The notes under the pieces are model-generated. The model was not told the DNA's origin, ran no database searches, and was given only the letters and a program-made list of their open reading frames with translations. A DNA stretch of 64,000 nt from Proteromonas lacertae (taxonomy: Eukaryota). The stretch is from the NCBI GenBank assembly GCA_002245135.1, contig NGBS01001172.1:62001-126000 (forward strand), written 5' to 3'. Made by a program: the position numbers and the translations under genes. The stretch's first letter is position 1; every line of letters begins with the position of its first letter. This document shows positions 40,624-53,899 of the stretch, piece by piece.

Positions 40624-43600
40624 TTAATCTCTATACACAGCATAGAATCCCCAAGAGCTATATTTCCTAGTATGATAACTCATACAATCTTCAACGAAAT
40701 ACCTTCTCATCTTATTCATTCTATTGACATTCAAATGCAATCTCTTTCCACGATATAATTTCACATCTTCTTCTTCAAAATCATCACAATAAATAGGTTC
40801 ACTCAAAAACATTTGTGTTTCTGTAGTTTTAATAATTGAATGGAAATCAACTCTAAATAAAAACGACATTCCACAACATTCAACTGCATGCTGTTCGAAA
40901 CCATTGGATGGTAATTCTAATGTAGGTTGAGATAACTATAATAATATAATGACGATAATAATACATTCATTTTTGAACCACAAGATAAGCATATTATATT
41001 AATATTACTTTTATCATCATCTTTATGATTATCTTTAAACTATCAACAAAAAATGATAAAATATATTATAATATATATATATATATACTCTCTGAAGTGA
41101 TAAAAACAATGAAATAATATCATTTGGTAATTGCATCATTGGTAATGGATCTTTATACATAAACAACGGATGAATATATTTCTTTCTCTCACAAAATAAG
41201 TTCATATAAAAATTGATATTGTCATTTTGTAATATATTTTCTAATCTTGGTAATTGACAATAATCTAATATTTCATCAAACATTGTTAAATTGGGTAAAT
41301 CAGAATCATCATTGTTCTTTATTATATATGTTAATATTCCCATTTGTCTAATTGAAGGTGTAAGAATTGATTTAATTGCATAATAGAATTTTTCTTCACT
41401 CTATTCATTTTATAATAAAATAATATACTTCCCACCATCCCATATATTGATTATAATAATCTGACGAATATTTCATATATTTCTTATAGTTAAAAGTAGC
41501 ATTCTTCTCTCTCAAAATACTTAATATGAATTTATATCGATCAGGAATTGGATAATTCATATAATCTAATAAATAATAATAACAAAAACAAAATATACCA
41601 ATATTACTAGGGGTTATTAGATGTAATATCAATAATGAATCATATATAATAAACACATAAGCCAATTGAGAAGCAATTTCACAGGCTTTAATAATACCAT
41701 CTGATGTAACAAGATGGTTTAAAAATATGAAAAAGAATGATATTATGCTATGACACATATTTTCATTTATTGATGCAAAATAGAATGAAAATGGTTCAGT
41801 ATTGTAATACATACAACTTAAATTATGTTCAAATACTTTATTCATTAATAATTGAAGTAATTTTCTATGTTCATGTTTAATTCCAATTTTTGTACCATCT
41901 TTAAATAATAAAGCAGATTGTTGAATAGCTGTATCTTCTCTCATTGCAATTTCCAATGTTTCAATTGAACCAATCATTTGTAAGCATTTTGATAATAACA
42001 GTTTATATTGACTTCTATCATATACTCTTTTCATTATTTTTGTATCACTTCCTACATCTAATACATATTCAATTTCTAAGTTATGATCATCATCGTCATC
42101 ATCATGTTCTTGTTGAATAAACAGATCACATATGAAATCTAAATCATTATCTCCTGCTATTCCCTTTCTATTCATATCAATAGAATATTTTAATAAATCA
42201 TCTAAACATGTGATCTTTTGGTTGAATTTTGTTTCAACTTCATTTGATTTCATTCTCATATCTTTATCAATTTCATCAAAATTGACTATATCCATATAGA
42301 AATTACATTTTCTTCTACAAGCTGGGCAAGTAAAAGTATCAATCAAACTCTTTTCCAATTGATCAAAACATTTTCTGTGTAAATAATGATTACAACCAAC
42401 ATAATGAAATGATGGGAAACATCCAAATATCTTTCTAAATGAAGAATATTTGATACTCAAAGTTGTTTCATCATCAAACACTATACAAACATATATATTT
42501 ATATATACAATGATTCTGATCTCTTTTAAGATTGTTATTCCATACTGAATAATACATATAATCAGATATATAAGATTCATCCAAAGTTCCAATTAACAAG
42601 AATTGTAATTCATCTTCACCATATAATGGAGTTTCTTTAGTACAATAACTACAAGTTGCATATTCAATATGTTTAATATCTTTAGTAGCATCTTCTTCTT
42701 CACCATCATCTTCTTCTTCCATTTTTGAAGTGATTAATTTTGACACTTTTTCACTTTTTAATTTCATTCTTTTCAAAGCAGCATCTCTAGATTTTGTGGC
42801 TCTTTTCTTTTTCTCTGTATTTTCAGAGATTGATAAACTATAATAACATATATAAATAAATAAATATATACTTTCCTAATGCATTTGCTAAAACAGTTGA
42901 AGCATTAATCAATTCCTCACATATTTTACTGATATTCTTTATATTCTCAAATATATCATTGATATAATTATGATATATTTCCAACTTACTGGATGAATTA
43001 ATATCTAATAACAATAAGAACAGTGATTTATTAGTAACAGTTACATCAGAGAAGAAATTAACAAGGAAATTATCAACAGTATAAGTAGGAACACCTTCAT
43101 CACTTAGTATAATTGAATCATTAATCATAGAAGCATTAAATTCAACATTTCTTGGATCTTCTTTAGATTTTATCAAAGTATATTCAACACAAGTATGAAT
43201 AAGATATAACGAATAAGAGAATAGGACTTCAGTAACATAGGGTGAAGTGACAAATGCATTGAATACAACAGTGTATAACAATTTGTGTAGATTACAGGAG
43301 TTGCAGAAATAGCCAGTAATTGGACTATTTATATATTATATATATAATATATAATATACACAATTTGATCTAATTTAAGTGGTGGACAAGGCAAACAATT
43401 CTTTGGTTTATGATTACTATCTAAATAACTCAAATATTTATCATTTAATGATCCAATCTGTGATAATCCCAAGTTTGGTAAGAAAGGATCAACATATTTC
43501 CATGATTCATCTTTTAATTCGAAATAACCACTTTCATTCTCTGGTTGTATGTGATTGCAGATTTCATAGATTATATCTTTCACTTGATGATTTTCACTTA

Positions 43601-45930
43601 CTGATTTTGGTAGAACTTCTATATATATATATATATTAATAAAAACATACGACAAATAGCAGAGAATTTAGTTTTGAAACATGAGAACCAAGTTGCTAAG
43701 TAGCTAATAATATCATCTCTATCAAATTTCTTTTTATAAGTATTCTTTCTCATTATTATTCCAATAAAATACAATTGAAATAGAGCCAATTCATTGTGAT
43801 GAGTCATATCAACATTATCATAATGAGAATGTTCTAAAAGGTAAGAAGTAAATGTTTTATTTGCCATAGTAAATGGTTTATTATTTCTTTTGTATGTATT
43901 TACATCAACATCACATCTGAATGAAAATTGATTATGAAATACCTTCAATATATCTTGAATAACTGTATTAGCTGGAACTTTACTTGAAGCAATCTATAAT
44001 AATGAAATGAAATATAATAATTATAATTTATACTTGTAATGTAAAGAATGTAGATAATAAAACACATTCACAATAATATTGATCATTATAATATGGAATA
44101 AGTTCTTGCAAATCAACATTTCTAGGCCATAATGATGATAAAACTTGATAATAATAAGCAAAGAATCTAACACACATTATTTCTATTAAGTTACAGTCAA
44201 ATTCAGTGAATAATTGCTTGATTATTTTAATAATTTCTTCTTTACTAAAGAAACTGATTAAAGTTGATAATATTGTGTTTAAAGCTAAGTTTGAACTACA
44301 TTTTAGTATTGTTATTGGCAAATTTCTCATTCCATCCTCATTCCAATAACAATGTTCTTTATTCCATCTTCTTATATTTTCCACTATTCTTTTTATTCCC
44401 TTCACTAATATTTCTTTAGCAATTTCTGGATCTTTTTCATATAAACCTTCAAATTGTGTGGTTAATCTTGTTCTACACGAATTAACTTGAATTAAGGGGA
44501 AGTTTTCATCAAATGTGGATCTTCTATTGGCTGGAATAATTCTAAGTATTGATGGAATAAATTGATGTGGATCAGTAAACTAAATAAATATAATATATAA
44601 TATAATATAAATACATGAAAATAATAAACTATATCCATTAATCTCTCCATCACTCCTTCTTCTCTTACATAAATATTAAATGTTTCAGTTTCACCTAACA
44701 ACATCAAAAAATCACTAAATATTCGGTCGTGTGTTAGTTCTTTATAACTATCATAATCTAAAGCAAGCATTGACTTAGCATTCAACTCAAATTTATCAAA
44801 CAAAGTAGAGTTAGGATATACCATTCTATATTTGCCTTTAAAATATTCAATTACTTCATAGCTTATTTTATCTAAAAATCCATTCCTAAGTAAATATTTA
44901 TCATCTGATTCAGGATCATTAAACAATTGACAAACGATTCTATCTAAAAAAACTTCAGTATTTGTAGAATAAGCTTCATATGAATTACTGACATATTTAC
45001 TATTCTTTTGTTTTATACCTATTTCATGTGACATTTTTTTGATGAAATCGAAGTAATGATTTGTAAAACATGGCGTAAATATCGCCTTCCATGGTTTATC
45101 CAATAAACTTAACAACAGATCACTCATACTATCAAGATATAAATCATTACATTTGTCTTTAGTTAGACTGTATAATATTCCATCTAGATTTGTATGTTCA
45201 TGTCTGAAGTTGTTAAAAGATGTTGATATTTCATGTTTTATTATATAATCAGGTGATGATGTCTGTGAATTAAACCACTTTTGGACAATAACAGCGAAAT
45301 TGGAAGAATAACTTACTATTTTATTAACATATTCGATTGCTGATTTTAATACAGGTGTAGCTGTATCTGGTATTATTTCTGCTGAGATTGAGTATAAATA
45401 GAAGTAAATATATTCACAGATTGTATCTAATACGAGTTTAGATCTTTCTTGCAAATCTGGTGGAAATGGTTCTGGATTTTTCTTCACTCTATGTCTTTCA
45501 CACCATGTATTCTGGCTCCAACAGACATCTCCACAATCACAACATCCGCCAACATTTGCATGATACATTACATAGTCATGACCCTAAATATTTACATATA
45601 AATAAGGAATAAATACAATATGATTATTAGGATCAAAACATTCTAAACACATACAACTTGTTTCAGTAAGACCACACTGTTTGCATCTAAATCCATAATG
45701 CTCATTAGGGTAAACTGAATTACATCTGTTTGTACTTTTATACTTCTGACTAATCTTTTCAAACTCCACAGATGGATTTCCATTACAAATGTATTTATCC
45801 TGTTATTATAAAAAAATAAATAAAATACAACTTCTTTGAAATTTATGGGTTGAATGCTCCTTAACTCCTTTGACACACCAAAACTTACAGCAAGACCATC
45901 GACCAAGTACTTAGTAATATTATCTTGCAT
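40624..45930 (-). CDS. UBR-box N-recognin E3 ubiquitin ligase (UBR1/2/3/PRT6-like), multi-exon
   Basis: UBR box CNSVY..FRCKQC..CMCLECF..H..GGCCDCGD..CERH, split RING-H2 (CSYC..GCNHYLHRKC..CPACRRKCN), C-terminal IYCDDFEEED..RGKRLHL. Confidence 0.9.
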
Positions 45931-46530
45931 TGAATCCCGAGATAAATGTAGAATTAGTTTTTGTGAAGTCAAGCCTGTCTCGAACCAAATTTTTCAATTT
46001 TTTGTATATGAAGAGGAATCTATTGATTATTATTCTTATTTATGTATATGTGCATGTATTTTATTTATAGATATCATATTTTCATTATATTACTGCCACA
46101 CGTTATAGATATAGTATATAATTATTATTAATACATATTTTAGAACCAGATAAAGGCCGTACTAAAACACAACTGAAATATCTCTGTTTATTTGTGTTTT
46201 TGCTACTATTTTTGCCACTACTGTTGATTTTCTGTTATAGAACAATTACAGATCCAATTTTTCCTAAAGTGTGTCATGATATATGGGAATCATTGAAATA
46301 CAAAGTTTCGTTTTTCTTGCGAGATAAAAAGAAGAAGAAGAAATCAACTCATCATCGCCATTATCATAATGAATAGTAACTTTAGTTTAATATTTTTTTT
46401 CCTCCAATTTTAATAGTATTTATGAATTTATGAATTGATTTTTGTGTTTCAAAAAATGAGTGAGTGAAAAAGAAGTTAACCGAAATTTTTGTAAACCAAT
46501 TAGAAATTTAAAAATTCTGAATATTTTGAA

Positions 46531-47201
46531 ATGCCATTCTCTAAAACAACAGAATCATCACAGATGCAAGAGTATTATTAATGTATTAACACATATAGTG
46601 CTTTATGTGGGAAACCATTAAAAGAAGAACGTCATTACAAAGTTCAAAACGATAAAGGTTCACAAATGGCAAAGTATACTTATGTATGTTATTGTGTTAT
46701 GATAGTATTTTCAGTGGTGAAGCATATGAACAAAAAGCACCAGCTGCTAGACAAAGAGATCAAATGGATGAGTATATAGTTTAGTTTGTTTAATATAATG
46801 TTTATAGTATATTCAGTGATAATACTGAACCACCTCCACCATACAAATCAAAATCACAAAATCATGGAAGACCAGATTCAATTATTTTTGGTGAATCAGG
46901 AGCATCATCCACTCAACAAGAAAATGAAAGAAGATTAAGATCACCAGTGAGACATGACGAACCAAAAGAAGGAGTATTCAGAGAAGATCCAAAAGGGTAT
47001 AGAAATGTAGGATCTAGTCCTTATAAGCCAAAAGATACAGAAAATTTATTCTATGGCTATCAGGAACCACCACCAAAAAGATCAATCAAACCTGTTGAAG
47101 AAAATCATATAATAAATGCACCAGCTGAAGAAAATCAACGTCGTGCAATAAGAGGAGTTGAAACTACATGTAATGTTGACCATTTAGGAAATGATTGGTA
47201 G
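46531..47201 (+). CDS. Small hydrophilic repeat protein, 3 introns
   Basis: ATG 46531. Repeats SQMQDALCG / SQMANIFSG / DQMDDIFSD, then ORF to TAG 47201. Confidence 0.7.
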
Positions 47202-47317
47202 ATAACATAATTTTTAACTATTACTTTAGAATAAGTGTTTTATTATTACTATATAAAGTTTATTAAATATTTATTGTGTGTTGTTGTTGGATAATTAAAC
47301 AAATAATAAGGTTAAAA

Positions 47318-48112
47318 TCATTTTAATTTTAATTTATAAATTGATATTATTTTTGCTTCATATTTTGGATGGTAATTCTCATGAGGTATTTGTTCTACAA
47401 CAAATGTTTCATTCAATAATCCAAAGAACATATTATCACTATGTATACTACGCGTTTGATGGCTTATATAAATATCTACATCTTTATTATTATTTGTTGC
47501 TAAGAGATTTAATACATTTATTAAAGGTTTTATTAGGTCTTCAACCCCTATTTATGCTAATAAAAATATTGGTATAGATACAAACAACATCTGAAGCTAT
47601 TATTGTGTCATATTTTGGTAATGTATTCATATCTGGTGGTTTAAACCAATCAAATACCTTAGCTTTTATTGTAGTATCTTTATCATAATTATATCTATTT
47701 AATTCTATATTGTTATTCATATTATCTAATGCATATGGTAAATCCGTTATTTCAACTAATTTTGCATTTAATAATGCACATGATATTCCAACCACACCTG
47801 TTCCACTTCCTAATTCCAATACATTTCTATTCTTGAAATAATCACTCATTGAATGTTCAAAATATTTTGATAATACAATTGACTATAAAATAAAATTATC
47901 TTCAATATTATCTATACTCCATCCCATACTGTTAATGCAGTTCCTTGACCAGAGTTAGGAACTTCCTTTATTAATAATGGTTTATCATTGATTTGAAATG
48001 ATCCATCTTCTAAATTATCATAGAACACTATTATAAAATAATAATTAACAATTTAGGTACATTTTCCCATTAATAATAGCATTCCATTTATAGTTTCTTC
48101 TTGTTCACTCAT
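47318..48112 (-). CDS. METTL21/family-16 protein lysine methyltransferase
   Basis: GQGTALTVWDG, VLELGSGTGVVG, ITDLP, IIASDVVW motifs; stop TGA at 47318-47320. Confidence 0.9.
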
Positions 48113-48232
48113 TACTAATATTATATACACCAAATAATATACCACAGATAAAGAAAAAGCAAAATAGAAAAAAGAATTCAAACATCTCTCAAACTCAAGG
48201 TTCGAATTCCTGTTTGAATTTGGTTTTAAAAA

Positions 48233-51200
48233 ATGGCTCATTTATTCCAAAAGACGCTTTGGTTGGAAAGACCATGGGTTACATTGAAGTATGGTGGAAC
48301 AAGTGTTGCTACTCTCAAGAGCTGGAGTGGAATTTGTAATCATGTTAGAGATTTGTTAAGTACAAATCGTATATGGCTAACAGTTTCTGCAATTAGCCAA
48401 GTATATCAATTGTATATAATAATTTTAGGTAACAAATCACTTGGAACAAGCAATTAAAGAAAGTCTAAATAATAAAACAGAAGAGATTAATTTATCATCA
48501 TATAATTGGATAGTAGATAGACACAATCAACTGATTAGTGGTATATTTATTCCAAATAATTGTGTTAGAAGCAAATCTTGATACTGACAGTCCAGGTGTT
48601 CAAAACTGTTTTAAATTCTTAAAAGAATTGAAGAGACTACTAGAAGGTGTATATTTAACCAACGAAATCTCTCCAAAGTTACGAGCAAAGATATTATCAA
48701 TTGGAGAACTTTGTAGTTCAAATTTAGGCAAAGAAATACTTCATAAAACACTTAAGGAAGATGTATTATGGACAGATTCAAGGAAATTACTAATTAGTAA
48801 AACAAACAATAGTCAAACCAACACAATAGATGCTGATAGTTATTTAGAAGCAGATATTGAACCAAAATGTAAAAGTGAATATATTGAGAATAATATTGTG
48901 GAAAATAATAGTATAGTAATAAGTCAAGTATAAATTATATAATATATATTATTACATAGGGTTTTATCTGTAGTAATGCCAATGGTGAAACGTGTTTACT
49001 TGGAAGAGGAGGTAGTGATACATCTGCTAGTCTTTACAGTGTATTAATTAACGCCTGTAGATGTGAAATATGGACTGACGTTCATGGAATGTTCTCCAGT
49101 GATCCAAAGATAGTTACAGATGCATTATTAATCAAAGAAATATCTTATAGACAAGCACAAGAGCTAGCTACATTAGGTGCAAAAGTATTACATCCACGTT
49201 GTATTGGTCCAGTTTATATGTATAATATTCCCTTAGAAATAAGAAATACGTTTGATCCAAATACTGATAATAAAACAGTGATTTCTAATTTTGATAATAG
49301 TAATAATAAAAGTAAAATTATCGGTGTAGTAAGTAGGAAGAAATGTATTATCATTAATATATTAAGTAAATTCGTGGACCATAGTACACCTGGTTATTTA
49401 AAAGGTGTATTTAGTACAGTTCATAGTTTTGGTATTTCTGTTGATTTGGTTGCTACTTCTACATTCTCAGTAACTATTGTTATTGAACATATCCCTGGTG
49501 GTGGTGTTGATGGTATGATATTTAAAAGAATGTTACCATTGTTGGAGAATCATGGACAAGTTAGTTATATTTATCCAGTTTCCATTGTTTCAATAGTTGG
49601 ATATAAATTGAGATCTTGTTTGCCAAGGATAGGAAAAGCATTAAATGTATAATATATATATATATATAATATAATATAATAATGAAATAGATATTTCAAT
49701 CTTATAATATTCACTTATTAACTGAGTCATCTGAAGATTTGAATTTTTCATTTGTAGTTGAAGAAAGTATTTGTGATCAATTAGTTCAATTATTACACAA
49801 ACAATTCTTTCCAACGGATACTGCTACAAGTTCAGATAAAACATTTGGCTTGTCTTGGTCAAAACTCCACAATATAGGAAGTATATAAAAATATATAATA
49901 TATTATTATTTATTTATTTTATTTTATAGAAGAAACTGATTTTTCACCTTTACCATCTCCAACTCCTACTATCTCTAATAATCTCTCTATTTGTTCAACA
50001 CCTCGTTCACCTGATTTTATAGACAGTGAATCAGAAACTCCACGTCCAAATGCATCTGATTGGAATAATACTCAGAATAATAACAGATATAAGTCAGAAT
50101 GGTGGTGTGATGGTGATATGAGAGATACTATATTAGAGATTGGTAAAGATAAATTACCACATTATATATATAATTTACCTGTTATTGAGAGTGAAGTATC
50201 TTATTTAAAGTCTTCTTTAGTGAATGTGGATGAGATTTATTATTCAGTTAAAGCAAATTCACATCCAAGGATTATTAAACTATTAGATAAATTGGTATAT
50301 ATATATATATATATATATATATAATGATTATTATTTATATATTTAATAGAATGTTCATTTTCAATGTAATACATACGAACAAGTTCAATATCTTTTATCA
50401 TTATTACCACATTCAAAGATTCTATTTACTCCATTCATGAATCCTATAGAAAATATCAAAAATGTACTTCTTTTAAATAAGAATGTTGAAATAGCTATTG
50501 ATTCAATAGATACACTATTAGAAGTACAAAAACTACAAGAAGAGAATAAAGATAATGAGAAATTGAATAATTTATCATTCGCTATAAGAATCAATTGTAT
50601 TGATGATCCAATATATGCTGGTGTTCCATTATCCAAAATAAATGAATTATTTGAATTAATAGAAAAGATGAATATCACAATAATCGGTTTACATACGCAT
50701 ATACCAAGTAAATTATATAACAATGATACTTATTCTAATATAAGCAAAATATTTATAGATATAATCAAATCTCATAAAGATAATATGAAATTAAAATGGG
50801 TAAGTTTAGGTGGTGGTTTATCAGTATATACTGGTTGGGATTCATCGAAAAGATCTTCAATTTTAGATATTCAAAGAATAGAAATGGCTGTTACACTATT
50901 CAAATCACAATTAATAAGTTATTTTCCAAAATGTCAAATTAGAATTGAACCTGGAAAATATATTGTAGCAAAAAGTGGAATTTTTATTTCTTCTGTTGTT
51001 TCTATTCAACAGAGAGGTCAGAAGAGATATATTGCATTGAATACAGGTATTAATAACTTTGTCAATACAATGTACTTAAATGAATACCATACAGCTCACA
51101 ATTTAACAAAATGGAGTTCATCTTCGATTGAAAGTAGTGAATCGAATGATAATACGAAGTTTCAAGTGTATCAAGTGATTGGTAATAATGAGGATAATCA

Positions 51201-51363
51201 AATATTGGCTAGTGATAGACTATTCCCAATGGATACTTCTGTGAATGATATAATCATAATGGAGCATAGTGGAGCGTATTGTAGCGTGTTTAAATCAAGA
51301 TACTGTATGAGTACAGCTTCAGATGAAATATGTTTGAATGATTATGGTGAAATTCTTAGTTAA
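48233..51363 (+). CDS. Bifunctional aspartate kinase / diaminopimelate decarboxylase (LysC-LysA fusion), multi-exon
   Basis: LKYGGTSV, VSA, LGRGGSDTSA, IWTDVHGMFSSDP, GAKVLHP and ACT domains, then YYSVKANSHP, SLGGGL, IEPGKYIVA and GAY of fold-III decarboxylases. Exons splice into one frame. Confidence 0.88.
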
Positions 51364-51731
51364 TGACATTTTAGTATATGTTTTCCCTCTTTTTGTATGA
51401 TGTGTAATAAGATTTATTATTATTGAGTGAGTATAAGCTGTTTTTGTGGTTTGTTTGAAATTGTCCAAAAATTAAAATAAAAATAGAGTGGTTTTAGAAA
51501 AGAGATTTGTCTGAGTTTGACACTGTCCGGTATTTGGGTGTAGGCTTAAATTGATTTCGAGGCTATATTGAAATACTTAGTCTATATAATAGGTGTAGTC
51601 CACATTATACTTGGTTCATTTTGGTATATTTTTATATGATCTAGATGTTTTTTATTGTCATTTTTACTGTTTTTCAATCTTTCTTGATTTATACTACACA
51701 TCTGAACATTTTTTTATATTTAATATAGGCA

Positions 51732-52144
51732 ATGTCAACTGAAAAGACCCAAAACAAACAAATCAACAGGTATATTATCTTTATTTTTATTTATTTATGA
51801 TAGATTATACTCAAGAGGTGTATTCTTAGGTTATCAAAGGTATTTTTGAATTGGTTTATTATTTTTTGAATAGAAACCGAGAAAGTCAACATTTAAAAAC
51901 CTGTTTAATCAAAATCGAAGGTGTAAACACAAAGAAAGACACTGAATACTATTTAGGTAAAAGAGTTGCTTACGTTTACAGAGCTAAGAACCACAAAACA
52001 GGAGGTAACTACAGAGTTATTTGGGGACGTGTTAGAAGACCACACGGTAATGGTGGTGTAGTAAGAGCATCATTCAATCCAACTTTACCACCATGCGCTA
52101 TGGGAAAACGTGTCAGAGTTATGTTATACCCAAGCAGAGTTTAA
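51732..52144 (+). CDS. RPL35A: 60S ribosomal protein L35a (eL33), 2 introns
   Basis: RLYSRGVFLGYQR..LIKIEGV..YYLGKRVAYVYRA..IWGRVRRPHGNGGVVRASF..RVMLYPSRV. Confidence 0.97.
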
Positions 52145-52265
52145 GTTTAATTAATGCTGAGCCAAGTTATATTCATCTATTGTTTCTTTTAATGAGATTT
52201 AAAAATAAAACACACATAAAATTTACAATCATTTGTACAACATAATAGATTTAATTGTTTGTTAT

Positions 52266-53822
52266 TTACTCTTTCTTTTCTTTCCTCTCAGATTTAACCA
52301 TATAAACTGAAACAAAGTAAACTAATGCAAATGCAATATGTCCTCCAAATCTCAATTTCTTCCACACTAACCATGATGATTCAAGTGTTAATAATGCAAA
52401 AGAAACACTAAGATAATTGGTCATACTCAAAGTCATGAAGAAAGCAACAAAATTGTAAATTGCAACTAATACTTTATTATCTTTTACTTTTGGCCAAATC
52501 TTCTTATATTTAATTCTTTCGATATTTTGACAAATGGCGATAGAGATAAAGAACAAATAATAACCTGAATAAACGCCATGCCAAAATGAAGAAGTCAAAT
52601 AAACAGCCATCATACTGTTATTATTTCTAGAATAAACATAATTCTGCAACCAAACTTGAGTTCTAATATTCCAAGCTTTGCTTGCATCTTTAATAGTTGT
52701 TGGAACTTCAAAGGATAATGCTAGGCAGTTTTTAGCTTCATTCCATAGCGGTTCTCCGTTTTTATCATATCCTGAAAATCCAACTCCTCCAAGTATACTA
52801 CAGCCTTCGACCAAATACCATCCTAAGAAATATTTACTTCGATGGTTTAATGCAAAAGTTGGGAAAAATAATAAGAAATATTTAAATCCATTTAATTTCA
52901 AATATTCTGGAGAAATGATTTTTTCTACTGGGAAATAAGCAGCTCCAATTAAATACAATACAGCAGCAGATTAAACAATAACCTAAAGCTTGCATTGAAT
53001 AATACACTCTTTTAGCTGGAATTTGATGATTGCTGAATCTATATTCCATACCATCAATATATATTTTATATTCAACAGCTGGACCAGCTATACAAGTTGG
53101 GAAATAAAACACATAACCTAAATATTCAAATATAGATGGTAATTTTTGAATTGAATATTCTATTCTTCGTTTATATACAGCGTTGTCTTTTCTATTTGGA
53201 TCATCAGCTTTGTGTTGATTATCTGCTAAGTCTATAGTACCATCTGAATAGTTATAAGCTAATGAAGATAGTTTTATAACAATTACCATTAATGAACCTG
53301 ATATATCCATTCTCCATGATGCAAAATCAAAGAAATATCGATAAATATGACTATTTAATTTAAATATAATTATATATATATATATATATATATAATTATA
53401 CACAGATGTTAGACACGCCATATTGAATAGGATTATAACTTTTGGGCAGATATGACGAGGTAAAATTATCATCATTAAGTAAGATATTATTGCAACTAAT
53501 AAAGAGAAGATGTATTGTCTTCCACACAAACTTTGAATGATAATTATTCCATAGAAGAATGACAAAAAGTGTTTTAGTGTAATATTTTTGATTGTGGAAT
53601 GAAAATATGCTAACGGATAAGCAATTGCCATCAAAACAAAAAATTTCAACTATAGAGATATGATAATAAAAATAATACTTGATCTGATGGTAAACCTATT
53701 ACTGTTTCCATATTATCGAAGAAATCATCGATTATTTTGGGTTTAGCAAACACTGTATAATCGATAAGCTAAAATATAACATATGCAGGAAATACATCAT
53801 ATAATTTATTGACAAAATCCAT
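52266..53822 (-). CDS. MBOAT lysophospholipid acyltransferase (ALE1/LPCAT3-like)
   Basis: MDISGSLMVIVIKL, AGPAVEY, WNIRTQVWLQNYVY and SSFWHGVYSGYY (catalytic His). One +1 insertion near 52965. Confidence 0.9.
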
Positions 53823-53899
53823 TTTAATTAAAGATCAAGCCTAATGTCAAGTCAATCTTATAGCCAAACTCACATCAAGCCTTCTGGAACACAAAAAAG

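Noticed and set aside
48195..48215. GGTTCGAATTCC, resembling a tRNA T-loop / Pol III B box
   Set aside because: No acceptor stem, D arm or anticodon arm in the flanks; it lies in a 120-nt divergent promoter.
51636..51710. Box C/D snoRNA upstream of RPL35A (ATGATC...CTGA)
   Set aside because: Poor C box, the complementary AGATGT/ACATCT lies inside rather than outside the boxes, and no clear rRNA guide.
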